The position numbers and the translations under genes are program-made. The notes below the pieces were generated by a model. That model was not told where the DNA came from, did no database searches, and saw nothing but the letters and a program-made list of their open reading frames with translations. This document shows positions 19,594-29,889 of a stretch of 64,000 nt of DNA, in pieces (the first letter of the stretch is position 1; each line of letters opens with the position of its first letter). Source of the stretch: Candidatus Bathyarchaeota archaeon (lineage in GTDB: Archaea; Thermoproteota; Bathyarchaeia; Bathyarchaeales; Bathycorpusculaceae); contig CAWHVC010000002.1 of assembly GCA_963832745.1 (NCBI GenBank), positions 384,001-448,000 on the forward strand, given 5' to 3'.

Positions 19594-21714
19594 ATGCCGC
19601 GGTTTAGACAAGTCACACAAATCCTTGAGTTAATGAGCGATAAGCAGGCAATTCGAAACATCGGAATAATCGCTCATATTGACCACGGCAAAACCACTCT
19701 GGCAGATTCACTGCTGGCTGGAGTAGGCTTGCTCTCTCCCATGATGGCTGGCACCGCGCGGGTGCTGGATTACTTAGACGAAGAGCAGAAACGAAAAATC
19801 ACAATTAAAACCGCCAATATCAGCCTCTTCTACAAAACACTCAACGGCAACTTCATTATCAACCTGGTTGATACTCCAGGGCACGTAGATTTTACCGGAA
19901 AAGTCACAAGGGCACTCCGAGCCATCGACGGAGCCGTGGTCGTGGTGGATGCTGTGGAGGAAATTATGGCTCAAACCGAAATCGTTATCCGGCAAGCCCT
20001 TGAAGAACGCGTCCGCCCAGCCCTATTCATCAACAAAGTTGACCGCTTAATTACTGAATTGCAGCTTAACGCTGAACAGATCCAAAAAAAACTTGACCAC
20101 CTCATCGGCAACTTCAACGACCTCATTGAAGTCTATGGCGAAGCACCATACAAGGACCAATGGAAAGTCAGCCCACAAGCGGGCAATGTGGCTTTCGGAG
20201 CGGCACTGCACGGCTGGGGCTTCACACTTGATATAGCCAAACAAAAAGGCGTAAAATTCCAGGACATAATCACCGCTTATCAGCAGCATGACTTTGAGGT
20301 ACTTAAGAAGACACTTCCTGTTCACAAAGCCGTTTTTGAAATGACCACAAAAATTTTGCCTAACCCGCGTGAAGCTCAAGCTTACCGTGTCAGAACCATT
20401 TGGGGTGGACCTGTGGATTCAATTGTGGGACGAGCGTTGACTGAATGTCGAGATGATGGCCCCGTAGTCATGTGCATAACCAATATAGCGGCAACCCAAG
20501 ACGGCGGTTGCACAGCGACTGGCAGAATTTTTTCTGGCAAACTCAAGAAGGGCGACCGAGTCCATCTTGTTGATGCTTTGACGGAGGCGGAGGTAGGCGG
20601 CGTTTATGTTGATATGGGTTCATTCCAAGAAGAAGTCTCCGAGGTTTCAGCAGGCAATTTAGCCACCGTTCTGTTGCCTGTAATGGTGAAGGCTGGAGAA
20701 ACACTGGTTGATTCCGCGCACAAGGAAGGTATGATTCCTTTTGAAGGTGTCAATTACGTTTCTGAACCTGTCATGACTATCGCTGTTGAACCCAAAACTC
20801 CTCAGGAAATTCCAGCGTTGCTTACGGCGCTTGAAAAGATGTCTTCTGAAGACCCTAATCTGCATGTAACTACCGACAGGGTAACTGGCGAGTACCTGTT
20901 AAGCGGTATGGGCGAGCTGCACTTGGAGATTGCGACCAATCAGTTGAAGCGTGATTTCGGTTTGGAGATTGAAGTTTCTCCACCGAGGGTTGTTTACATG
21001 GAAAGCGTTACCCAACGCGGCGTTGTTGCCTACGCGAAAAGCCCAAACAAACAGAACAGTTTTAGTGTTCAGGTTGAGCCTGAAAATGAAAACCAGAAGA
21101 TGGCTTCTGAAGAAATGGATAAACTTTTGTATTTTGATGAGAACGGTAACGCGTTTGTGGATTGCAGCAAAAAAACAGACACTATTTCTAGTGGGGTTTT
21201 GGAGTCACTAATAGGCGGGTTTGAATACGCCTGTAAAGCTGGACCCCTTTGCGGTGAACCTACACGTTACGTAAAGGTTAAGCTTATTGACATGCAACTT
21301 AGCGGAAACCAAGACAGCAAAAACGAAGTAATGCATGGCGTAGGTAAGGCCATTTTCGCATCATTTTTAACCGCTAAACCTGTTCTGCTTGAACCCATCT
21401 ACGCCACAACCGTTTCAGTATCGTCCGAGCTTTCAGGGGAATGCTCAAGAATCCTAACAACCAGACGCGGCAAAGTCAAAAACTTTGAACAAAAAGGCTT
21501 ACTCACCGCAATCAAAGGCTTCATCCCCGTCGCCGAAACCTTCGGCTTCTCCAAAGAACTTCGCTCCGCCACCTCGGGTAGGGCAATTTGGCAATCCATC
21601 TTTGACCACTGGGAAAAACTACCTGAAAGACTTGGAATTCAAACTATAACTGAACTGCGAAAACGTAAAGGCTTGGCATCTGATGTGCCTAAACCTGAAA
21701 AATTCATGGAGTAA
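19594..21714 (+). CDS. elongation factor 2 paralog (aEF-2p-like GTPase)
   Basis: AHIDHGKTT, DTPGHVDF, NKVD, GMGELHLE, LRSATSG; the diphthamide HRG loop is absent. Confidence 0.88.
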   Translation: MPRFRQVTQILELMSDKQAIRNIGIIAHIDHGKTTLADSLLAGVGLLSPMMAGTARVLDYLDEEQKRKITIKTANISLFYKTLNGNFIINLVDTPGHVDFTGKVTRALRAIDGAVVVVDAVEEIMAQTEIVIRQALEERVRPALFINKVDRLITELQLNAEQIQKKLDHLIGNFNDLIEVYGEAPYKDQWKVSPQAGNVAFGAALHGWGFTLDIAKQKGVKFQDIITAYQQHDFEVLKKTLPVHKAVFEMTTKILPNPREAQAYRVRTIWGGPVDSIVGRALTECRDDGPVVMCITNIAATQDGGCTATGRIFSGKLKKGDRVHLVDALTEAEVGGVYVDMGSFQEEVSEVSAGNLATVLLPVMVKAGETLVDSAHKEGMIPFEGVNYVSEPVMTIAVEPKTPQEIPALLTALEKMSSEDPNLHVTTDRVTGEYLLSGMGELHLEIATNQLKRDFGLEIEVSPPRVVYMESVTQRGVVAYAKSPNKQNSFSVQVEPENENQKMASEEMDKLLYFDENGNAFVDCSKKTDTISSGVLESLIGGFEYACKAGPLCGEPTRYVKVKLIDMQLSGNQDSKNEVMHGVGKAIFASFLTAKPVLLEPIYATTVSVSSELSGECSRILTTRRGKVKNFEQKGLLTAIKGFIPVAETFGFSKELRSATSGRAIWQSIFDHWEKLPERLGIQTITELRKRKGLASDVPKPEKFME

Positions 21715-21722
21715 CCCTGAAA

Positions 21723-22595
21723 ATGAAGCTTGAACTTGATATAGCGTTTGATTTGGATTTTTCACTTTGTTGCGGTCAAGTGTTTCGTTGCAAAAAGGTT
21801 GGCGGCTGGTGGTACGGCGTTTCAGGTGACAAGATTTTCAAAATCCGCCAAAGTGATAACAGCTTGGAGTTTGACGGCGTAGATGAGGGTTTTGTTAAGT
21901 CATTTTTTGGTTTGAATGACGATTTAGCCCAGATAACCCAGTGTGTTAACAAAGACCCCTACATCGCGGCTGCCCTAAAACGGTTTGAAGGTTTGCGGCT
22001 TGTCCGCCAAAACCCTTGGGAATGCCTAATCAGCTTCATCTGCGCCACCTACAAAAGCATAGCAGCCATCGAACAAATGCTCTCAAAAATCTCACAAAAA
22101 TTTGGTGAAAAACGCTGTTTTGATGGTCAAGATTTTTGGCTGTTTCCTTCAATAGAGGGGTTGGCAGTGGCAAGTGTGCACGGTTTAGAAGAGTGCGGTT
22201 TGGGTTATAGGGCTAAGTACGTGCAGGCAACGGCGCAGAGAATTCGTGACGAAAACATCGATTTAGAGAGTTTCAAGTTGTTGCCGTATGCTGAGGCGAA
22301 GAAGCGGCTTTTCGAGTTTTCAGGCGTCGGCTTAAAAGTTGCGGATTGTGTGCTTCTGTTTTCGCTCGAGAAGATGGAGGCTTTTCCTGTGGACGTTTGG
22401 GTTAAACGCATTCTGCTAAACCACTATGCAGACCAACTGCCACAAGATTTAGTCCAAAGGCTCCAAAGCCACGACTCATTAAGCAACGGCGAATACGAGA
22501 AACTGAACGCTTTTGGACGGAGCTATTTTGGTGCATATGCGGGATACGCTCAAGAGTACCTTTATCATTATGAGCGGTCACAGAAATTTAAGTGA
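21723..22595 (+). CDS. 8-oxoguanine DNA glycosylase (OGG1-like HhH-GPD)
   Basis: CGQVFR, RQNPWECLISFI, GLGYRAKY, GVGLKVADC, AFPVDVW, YAGYAQEYL. Confidence 0.92.
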   Translation: MKLELDIAFDLDFSLCCGQVFRCKKVGGWWYGVSGDKIFKIRQSDNSLEFDGVDEGFVKSFFGLNDDLAQITQCVNKDPYIAAALKRFEGLRLVRQNPWECLISFICATYKSIAAIEQMLSKISQKFGEKRCFDGQDFWLFPSIEGLAVASVHGLEECGLGYRAKYVQATAQRIRDENIDLESFKLLPYAEAKKRLFEFSGVGLKVADCVLLFSLEKMEAFPVDVWVKRILLNHYADQLPQDLVQRLQSHDSLSNGEYEKLNAFGRSYFGAYAGYAQEYLYHYERSQKFK

Positions 22596-23922
22596 GCTTT
22601 TTACTGTTTTTGTAAATCCAAACTAAAATAACTGCTACAATGCAAATCACAATTATTACGATAATTAAAGTGTAAGGGGGCGTTGGGGTTTGGGTGTTTG
22701 GGTTTGTTTGTTGTTCTTCAATTTTGGGGGTTTCAAGATTAAGCGGGTCTATTAGTGGATGTTGGTCAATGTTGTTTTCGTTAATGTAGAATGGTGTATT
22801 CCAAACACCTCCGTTTTCAGTAGCATTGGGGTACCTTGTTTGGTAACCGCTCCAATAGTTACCTACAGAAGCATTGTTCCATGTACTATGCCGTCCACAA
22901 AGCATTTCCACGTAGATTTTCCCCTCTTGATTATGACCCGTATGCATGTACATTGGCATTGAAACTTGCAAGCCTTTGTCTAAGTTGTTATCGATGAAAT
23001 TGTTTGCGTAGATTTGGTTTTCTGTTTGGGATCCGTTGAGCCTTATGCCCCATTGATTATTTCTTAAGAATTGGTTGTACGTGATTGTGTTGGAGGCGGA
23101 TGCCTCGACGAGAATGCCCATTTCGTTTTCTGAAATAGTGTTGGCATGCAACGCGTTGTTTGATGCCCCTCCAAGAATTAATCCGCAAACTTTGTTTTGA
23201 GTTACATAGTTTGATGTAACTGTGTTTGCTTGGCAATCCTTAAGCAGGATACCTTCATTGTTGCTGTTAACCTGATTTTCTTTAATTAAATTTCCCTCTG
23301 TAGATTTGTCTGAATAACTTTCAAGTTGCATTCCTATGCTGTTGTCGAACACTATATTTTTCACGATTTTATTATTTTCCGAGTAATGAACAAGAATTCC
23401 AATGCTATTGTTGTAGACTGTGCAGTTGGTTACAGTGTTATCCGTTGATTCAGGATATGGACTTGATGGTGCATCTGGTTCAGCTTGTTGAGCAGGGTCA
23501 ACATAAAGTAAGCGTTTAACCGTAACTCCCCAATAGTAACCGTTAACCTGAACATTTTTCACGGTCACATTTTTGGTGCAGTTAAGGGTTAAACCCGTTT
23601 CATAGCCTGATTCAGTGCTTTTCAACATGTAGCCTGCACCATCAAAAACCGCGTCGTTACAAAGAATCCAAATTGGTTGACCCTCAATGTTGCCAGTTAA
23701 CGTGTAAACGTTCCCTTCTCGCCGAATTGGCGCCGATGCTGGATTGACTGTCCCGTTAACTTCTATGTAGATGTGTGTGGGGTCACGTGGCGGTTGATAA
23801 TTTGGGCCATAAGGATTTGCGTTAACTTCATTCACCAAATTCACGTTTATGGCTAAAGCTATCAATAAAACCGCAAAAAATAACGATGAGAAAACATTTT
23901 GTTTCTTTCTTGTTTGCATCAA
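22588..23922 (-). CDS. NosD/CASH parallel beta-helix surface protein with C-terminal TM
   Basis: Signal peptide, repeated N-x-I-x-x-N...GI units, GNYWS, D.HPL, C-terminal anchor. Confidence 0.85.
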   Translation of the reverse strand: MMQTRKKQNVFSSLFFAVLLIALAINVNLVNEVNANPYGPNYQPPRDPTHIYIEVNGTVNPASAPIRREGNVYTLTGNIEGQPIWILCNDAVFDGAGYMLKSTESGYETGLTLNCTKNVTVKNVQVNGYYWGVTVKRLLYVDPAQQAEPDAPSSPYPESTDNTVTNCTVYNNSIGILVHYSENNKIVKNIVFDNSIGMQLESYSDKSTEGNLIKENQVNSNNEGILLKDCQANTVTSNYVTQNKVCGLILGGASNNALHANTISENEMGILVEASASNTITYNQFLRNNQWGIRLNGSQTENQIYANNFIDNNLDKGLQVSMPMYMHTGHNQEGKIYVEMLCGRHSTWNNASVGNYWSGYQTRYPNATENGGVWNTPFYINENNIDQHPLIDPLNLETPKIEEQQTNPNTQTPTPPYTLIIVIIVICIVAVILVWIYKNSKKLT

Positions 23923-23961
23923 TTATGTTTTAGGGATTTATTGTTACTTAATATTTTGCTT

Positions 23962-24420
23962 TTACTTGTTGTTCAGTCTTTGTTTGTATTTTTCGTAATC
24001 CGTCAGCATTCGCGGGTACTCTTGGCACATTAGTGATGATGAAATTAGGAAGTCTGCTGAGGCGCGGTTGCTGGCTGTTGGAATATTCCAAACCACTGCC
24101 ATGCGTAGTAGGGCTTTGACGTCTGGGTCATGCGGCAACTGGGCTAAGGGGTCCCAGAAGAATATTAGAAAATCAATTTTGCCCTCAGAGATGCGTGCGC
24201 CGATTTGCATGTCTCCGCCTAAGGGTCCACTCTCAAGGATTGTTATGTCTAAGCCTAACTCTTTCTGCAGGATGGTGCCTGTTGTGCCTGTTGCGTATAG
24301 CTCGTGTTGGCGTAGTGTGCAGATGTTGAATTTTGCCCATTCTAGCATGTCGTCTTTTTTGTGGTCGTGGGCGACGAGTGCAATTTTTTTTCTGGGGTAT
24401 AACATTGCAATTTTTGTCAT
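23962..24420 (-). CDS. mgsA: methylglyoxal synthase
   Basis: [48 protein letters not shown]. Confidence 0.95.
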   Translation of the reverse strand: MTKIAMLYPRKKIALVAHDHKKDDMLEWAKFNICTLRQHELYATGTTGTILQKELGLDITILESGPLGGDMQIGARISEGKIDFLIFFWDPLAQLPHDPDVKALLRMAVVWNIPTASNRASADFLISSSLMCQEYPRMLTDYEKYKQRLNNK

Positions 24421-24573
24421 TTCTTGAGGGCCTCTATTCTTGTATAAGTCCAGTTTGGTTTTTTTGGTTATTAAATTGTTTCTATCAAAAATACTGAGTT
24501 TGAATAGTTGCTTTTGGGAATAAATTTATTTATGTTGTCGTGAGATACAATAAATCAAGAGGTAACTGACTGT

Positions 24574-25203
24574 TTGGGTGCACTGAAAAGCTTAGGTCAA
24601 GGCTTTCTTATGGCTACTGCTCTACTCTGGATGTACAACATAGCAGAGTTAACCAGAACCGGCAACGGCGCAATCGGCCTACTATATCTACTAATAATGT
24701 TAATCCCCATCATCAGCATCCTACGCCTCCGCATCAAGAAACCCTACACAACCATAACCGGCGACTCCACAAGCAAATGGCGGGAAATCATATTCTCATT
24801 CCAAGGCATCGCCTTATCATGTTGGAGCTTTGACCTACTCACCACTTACTATGCCATAAACGTAACCGGTTTAGCGATAGAAATCAATCCGCTTGGCTGG
24901 CCTCTCGGAATTCTTGGAGCGTTGGTCTATTATGGTCCAACCCTCTTGTTATCCTACTTTTTGCTGTTCAAAATCAAGGAAAAAATTTCATTGTATGCTG
25001 CTTTGCCGATGACTGCAGTTATGCTCATGATGGGTTCCATGAACCTATTTGCTGGTGCAGAGAACTTTAAAATCTTCGTTTACACCGTCACGATAAACCC
25101 TGCAATCTATTATGGGTTGCTGGCTATGATTGTTGTTGCGAATTTGACGGTGCAGTTGGCTTTAAAGCGTATGGTTGCCACTCCAAAAGTCGCTTTTAAC
25201 TAA
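24574..25203 (+). CDS. hypothetical polytopic membrane protein
   Basis: About six hydrophobic segments; D..TTY.A...E.NPL motif. Confidence 0.7.
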   Translation: MGALKSLGQGFLMATALLWMYNIAELTRTGNGAIGLLYLLIMLIPIISILRLRIKKPYTTITGDSTSKWREIIFSFQGIALSCWSFDLLTTYYAINVTGLAIEINPLGWPLGILGALVYYGPTLLLSYFLLFKIKEKISLYAALPMTAVMLMMGSMNLFAGAENFKIFVYTVTINPAIYYGLLAMIVVANLTVQLALKRMVATPKVAFN

Positions 25204-25211
25204 CCATTATG

Positions 25212-25349
25212 TTAGTCTTCGGGTGGTTCTCTTGTTTTTGCAAGCTCTGTCTTAGGCATATGTCTCAAAATCTTTTCCTGATCAACCATTGTAATGTCAT
25301 CTTTTTCTGCTTCATGTCTCTCTTTATCAGTCATGTTTGATTTTGACAA
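25212..25349 (-). CDS. small charged hypothetical protein (45 aa, not in ORF track)
   Basis: GGAGG RBS before TTG; MSKSNMTDKERHEAEKDDITMVDQEKILRHMPKTELAKTREPPED. Confidence 0.4.
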   Translation of the reverse strand: MSKSNMTDKERHEAEKDDITMVDQEKILRHMPKTELAKTREPPED

Positions 25350-25430
25350 AAATTTGCCTCCAAAAACCTAGAATCAACTTTGGCATCTTAAGGTTTGTAA
25401 CTGGTAAACAGCAACTACAAGCTGCCTTTC

Positions 25431-27110
25431 CTAAATAGGAAGAAAAACCGCGATTTTTGTCCCTTTACCCTCAACACTTTTAACTTCAATTCTGCCCCGA
25501 TGTGCCTCTACAAGTCTTTTGCAAATCGAAAAGCCTATGCCCATGCCTTTGGCTTTAGTAGTAAAGAACGGAGAACCTATCTTTTTGACGATTTCACCAG
25601 ACATGCCAACGCCAGTGTCACTAAACTCAATTTCAACATCTTTTTGACTTTTTTCGCTTGTAATTTTAAGTGTTCCACCATCGGGCATGGCATCTATCGC
25701 ATTTTTTGCGATGTTACTGAAGACCCGTTCTATTTTAGCTGCGTCAACATTTAGTAAGTATTCGTTGTTAGTGTAATTGATTATTTTGATGTTTTTTGGA
25801 GTTGTAAATGTGGTTAATGCTTTTGTTACCAGTTGATATGTGCTGTTTTTTGTTTTTTCAAGTTTTATTTCGCTTGAATATTCCCATAAATCGCTAACAA
25901 TCTTGTTGGAATATTCCACACAATCATCAATTACTCCTAGCAAGCCAACTCCTTTTTCTCCTAATTCCTGCCCATAATTCTTCTGTAAAGCGTAAGTTGC
26001 CCCTTTAATTCCTGTTAACGGGTTACGTAAATCGTGAGCAACCATTCTTGAAACTTCATTCATAGTGTCGAGTTTCTGGTTGACTGAATCTTTTATTGCG
26101 TTTGCAAGGACAGAAACTTCGTCTGTTCCTTTTTTAGGATGCGATTTGGTGTTTGGTTCTGAAAAGGTAGTTTTAACATAGGTTGCAAGGTCTGTTAGTG
26201 GTGTTATGATTTGTTTTTTAAGAATAATTGAAACGGAAAATCCAAATGCTACTGAAAGCACAAGGGCTGCAGCAATGAAAATGTTTCTTGTAGCTATGCC
26301 ATGCTGATAGAACTCTCGAGTTTGGTTAACTTGTAAAACAAACATTGGCGCCTCATTAACGTCATTGATTATGGTGTAGCCTGATACGACTTCAGAAGAG
26401 CTTGCCTCAACCAGAACCGTTTGAGGGTTCAAAGTTAATGCTTCAAAAATTTGTTCTCCGTCTGTCTGATTTTCAAAAACATCGCCAGAGGTAACAGTGA
26501 AATTTAACCCCATAATTTCAGAAAGCATATCTACTTCTTGACTGTCTAAATAGCTGCCAAACAGCATCCCCCCACGCATTGGACCGTCCTTTTGGTTTGT
26601 AACGATTGGCGCAGTGGCTAAAAGCAAAATTTTGTCATCACCAAGAAGAATCATTCCTGACTTCGCATCGTCAACTGTTTGAAAAGTCCAGATTGTTGTG
26701 TCAGCCTGCAACTGAGCTACGGTTTCTTGGCTGCAGTCAGTTGGCTCAGAATAGTTATCGTCATAAACTTTGCAGTAAACCATGTTGCCGCTGTTATCAA
26801 TTGTTGCCACAAGGTTCAGATTAAGATTTTCAAAGGATGTGTCAAGGTTTTCCTTAACGTAGTTTGGGTCATAAGATTGTATAAAACTGTATGTTTCATC
26901 CCATGCTGCATAATCGACAACTTTGTTTTTCATTTGTGAAAGCATAAAATTTAGTGTAGTTAATGCTTGGCAGACGCCTTCTTGGCTTTGTTGGTTTTCA
27001 ATGTCTTCATAGCTTGGCATAATTAGGTAAGACGCTGCTAAGTGAAGTGCGCCAAAAATTATTAGGCATGCAATTGAGATTGAAATTATTGTTTTTGTTC
27101 TAATTTTCAT
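25431..27110 (-). CDS. membrane sensor histidine kinase with CHASE4-like domain
   Basis: DYAAWDETY (CHASE4), two TMs, H-box VAHDLRNPL, NAIDAM, DTGVGM, FFTTKAKGMGIG. Confidence 0.92.
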   Translation of the reverse strand: MKIRTKTIISISIACLIIFGALHLAASYLIMPSYEDIENQQSQEGVCQALTTLNFMLSQMKNKVVDYAAWDETYSFIQSYDPNYVKENLDTSFENLNLNLVATIDNSGNMVYCKVYDDNYSEPTDCSQETVAQLQADTTIWTFQTVDDAKSGMILLGDDKILLLATAPIVTNQKDGPMRGGMLFGSYLDSQEVDMLSEIMGLNFTVTSGDVFENQTDGEQIFEALTLNPQTVLVEASSSEVVSGYTIINDVNEAPMFVLQVNQTREFYQHGIATRNIFIAAALVLSVAFGFSVSIILKKQIITPLTDLATYVKTTFSEPNTKSHPKKGTDEVSVLANAIKDSVNQKLDTMNEVSRMVAHDLRNPLTGIKGATYALQKNYGQELGEKGVGLLGVIDDCVEYSNKIVSDLWEYSSEIKLEKTKNSTYQLVTKALTTFTTPKNIKIINYTNNEYLLNVDAAKIERVFSNIAKNAIDAMPDGGTLKITSEKSQKDVEIEFSDTGVGMSGEIVKKIGSPFFTTKAKGMGIGFSICKRLVEAHRGRIEVKSVEGKGTKIAVFLPI

Positions 27111-27349
27111 GGCGCATTTTTCTCAGGGCATAGTTTGGGTACTCTGCTTTTCTTGTTTACTTAAAGCCTGTGTAGTCTAGATATGGCGCCAAAATGATTA
27201 ACAACAAAAGTATCACTAATCTTGTTCAACATCTGTGATAACTAAAAATATCAGAAAAGTACCTGTTTTATTAATTAAAAAACATCAAAAATGTATTAAC
27301 TGCAACATGAGGCAATCTTATTTAAAAATTAGTAAAAAAGTTGCCCTGC

Positions 27350-27829
27350 TTAGGCAAGTTTCTTTGTCATCACGTATGCGTCTTCGCCGTCAGAATAGTA
27401 CCCGTTTATTGTCCTGCTGACTTCAAAACCCAGCTTCTTATAAAGCGAAATAGCTGGCTCATTGGTTACTCTGACTTCTAAGAAGCATTGTTTTGCTTTG
27501 TAGTACTTCATGCCTTCAAGTGCCTTGTTGATGACTGCTTGGGCGACGCCTTTGCGTCTTTCTTGTGGCATAACTGCGATGGAGACAACGTGTCCTTTGC
27601 GTATTAAACCGCCAAGCCCCAAATTGGATAAACCTACTTCAATTCTACACATAATGTAGCCGAGGAGTTTTCCGTTTTCTTCTGCAACAATGAATGTTTC
27701 TGGGAAGCGTTGGTGCAGGTCAATAAAGAAGAAGTCGGTATAGTTTTCGGGGAGGCAAACACGGTTGATTTGCATTACAGCTTGGAGATCGTTTGGGACG
27801 AATTTTCGTAGTATGTAGGTCGGTTCCAT
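27350..27829 (-). CDS. N-terminal acetyltransferase (Ard1/RimI GNAT)
   Basis: LPENY, GYIMCRIE, GHVVSIAV, LEVRVTN, YYSDGEDAY; start at MEPTY. Confidence 0.92.
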   Translation of the reverse strand: MEPTYILRKFVPNDLQAVMQINRVCLPENYTDFFFIDLHQRFPETFIVAEENGKLLGYIMCRIEVGLSNLGLGGLIRKGHVVSIAVMPQERRKGVAQAVINKALEGMKYYKAKQCFLEVRVTNEPAISLYKKLGFEVSRTINGYYSDGEDAYVMTKKLA

Positions 27830-27926
27830 TTTGTCGCCTTCAATACGAGTTTTTGTAAATGAACTTAAAGGTTGCGCTCTATGCGTTAAATCCTTTATCT
27901 GTCTCAATGTCAAGTCTAAAGAGCTT

Positions 27927-29210
27927 TTAAGGTTTTACTTCCTCTGGCGCCTTGTATTCAGGCAACGTGTAGCTTCCTTGTGACATAGTCCAAACTCTTG
28001 AAGCTGAACCCGACAGTTTAAATGCTTCAGTTAACGCGTCATTTACTGCTCTTGCCGTTTTTAGTTTAAACACGTTAGACGCATAATAATCCGGCAGCGA
28101 AGACACCAAAATTACCGGGTGATTTTGAAGCACTTTAAGCAAGTAGTACGCTTTGTGTCCTCCCATGGCAAAGTTACGTTTAATCTCCTTTTCAGTGCTC
28201 TTCAAATCAGTTAGCCGTGTCATCCAGTCATAAAACACTTGGTTGCCATGACCTTCAGGGCACTCCGCAACAAGAATGATTACGCCTCCCCTTTTAACCG
28301 CGTCTAAAGCGTTATCAATTGCTTTGTAAGCTTGATACAGGTTCACGTCTGCTGGGTGTCCACCAGCGCTGGCTACAACAATGTCTGCTCGGCGGTCAAC
28401 TTTAACTTTATACATTTCATCCACGAGTTTAACCGCTTCCAAAAACGCCTGCTCTAAATCTCCTGCGAACGCTTTTACCATTGCGCCTTTGCTGTTTTCA
28501 ACAATGTTTACGATAAAGTCAACTTTTGCCATTCGTGCCGCTTCAGTCATGTCTTCATGAACTGGGTTGCCTTCAAGAACGCCTGTTTTAGCGTTACTGT
28601 TAAGCATCATGGCGTGGTTATGCTGAATTGTTTCTACACCGCTGACTCCGGGTAAAACGCTTTTTCTTCCTCCACCGTAGCCTGCGTAGTAATGCAGGTT
28701 TACGTCGCCCAACAGTATTTTTACGTCTGCTTCAGCAAAAATGCGGTTAAGGTACACTTTGTTTCCGTGTGATTTGGTGGTGCCGATATTAACGAGGTCT
28801 GCCGCTTTGGCGTCATGATTTGTTGCTTTCACACGTTTTAGGACCTCTTCACCTAGAAGCATGGTGAACTCTTCAGGTTTAACTGCTCTATGGGTGCCGC
28901 AGCCAAAAATTACCGTTACATTTTCATCTTTTACGCCAGCAGCATTCAATTCTGCAAGAACAGGCAATATCATGATTTCGTTGGGATTTTTTCGTGTTGC
29001 ATCGTCAACAATGATGGCGACTTTACTTTCTGGTTTAGCGATTTCGCTTAACCGTTTTGTTCCTATGGGTTCATGAATGGCGCGTTCGATTTCTGCTTTA
29101 GGGTCTGGTACGCCAGGTTTTTGGGTTGGGTCAATTGAGCCGAGCAGGTTTCGGGCTGGGACTCGAACGCAAACATCTGTTTTTCCGTAGGGAAGCCAAA
29201 CATCCACCAT
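27927..29210 (-). CDS. larA: nickel-pincer lactate racemase family protein
   Basis: DDATR, GCGTHR, HYYAGYGGGRKS.LPG, NPVHEDM, NLYQAYKA, ECPEGHG. Substrate not determinable from motifs. Confidence 0.85.
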   Translation of the reverse strand: MVDVWLPYGKTDVCVRVPARNLLGSIDPTQKPGVPDPKAEIERAIHEPIGTKRLSEIAKPESKVAIIVDDATRKNPNEIMILPVLAELNAAGVKDENVTVIFGCGTHRAVKPEEFTMLLGEEVLKRVKATNHDAKAADLVNIGTTKSHGNKVYLNRIFAEADVKILLGDVNLHYYAGYGGGRKSVLPGVSGVETIQHNHAMMLNSNAKTGVLEGNPVHEDMTEAARMAKVDFIVNIVENSKGAMVKAFAGDLEQAFLEAVKLVDEMYKVKVDRRADIVVASAGGHPADVNLYQAYKAIDNALDAVKRGGVIILVAECPEGHGNQVFYDWMTRLTDLKSTEKEIKRNFAMGGHKAYYLLKVLQNHPVILVSSLPDYYASNVFKLKTARAVNDALTEAFKLSGSASRVWTMSQGSYTLPEYKAPEEVKP

Positions 29211-29485
29211 GGGTAATCACGTACTGGTTTATGTTACAATGTTGACGGCGGTACAGCTATTAAGCCTTATCAAAAGCAAGATCCGTAAAAGGGTAAATTA
29301 AAAAATTGGAAACTTTTGGTTAAGGTTGAACGCTTGATTTGGGTTAGTTCTTTTATAGGATAGAAGCGCTAAAACTAAGTAATCGCTTGTCAAAATTACA
29401 AATCTCGCACCTATTTTACGCTAATTTGGTAACTATAAGCTTAATAATCGTGTAATTACTCACTATTTATTGGAGTGAGCGTTTT

Positions 29486-29752
29486 TTGTCAGTTAACAAA
29501 AGAAGACTAATCCGCAAATGCCTTCTTGTACTAGCTGTCCTCACATCGGTAACAGTAGAACTGGCAATACTGTTAACGTTCCTAAACATGTACCGCTTAA
29601 TCGCAATAGAGCTGTACTGGACAGGGCTAATCGTGTTGCTTGCTGCATTTTTTGTTTCCATCCACATTCTGCAGACGGTTGCTGAAGTCAAATGCGAACG
29701 ATATGATAACCAATTAAAAACGTCAACAACAATTAGTTCAGAAAGCCCTTAG
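29486..29752 (+). CDS. small two-TM hypothetical protein
   Basis: 88 aa ORF with two hydrophobic helices. Confidence 0.5.
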   Translation: MSVNKRRLIRKCLLVLAVLTSVTVELAILLTFLNMYRLIAIELYWTGLIVLLAAFFVSIHILQTVAEVKCERYDNQLKTSTTISSESP

Positions 29753-29889
29753 GGGACCGGTGCTATTGGCGTTTTTCCAAACCAAAAACATGTTGAAGCC
29801 AACAGTATTGCTGAGCGTAAAGCTGGTAATGGGCAATTGCTTTTAAAAACCACCTGTACTTATATAGCCATTGAGGAATCAAGAACTTT

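Noticed and set aside
25431-27110. Histidine kinase without an adjacent response regulator
   Set aside because: Orphan kinases are common in archaea, and the partner may lie outside the window.
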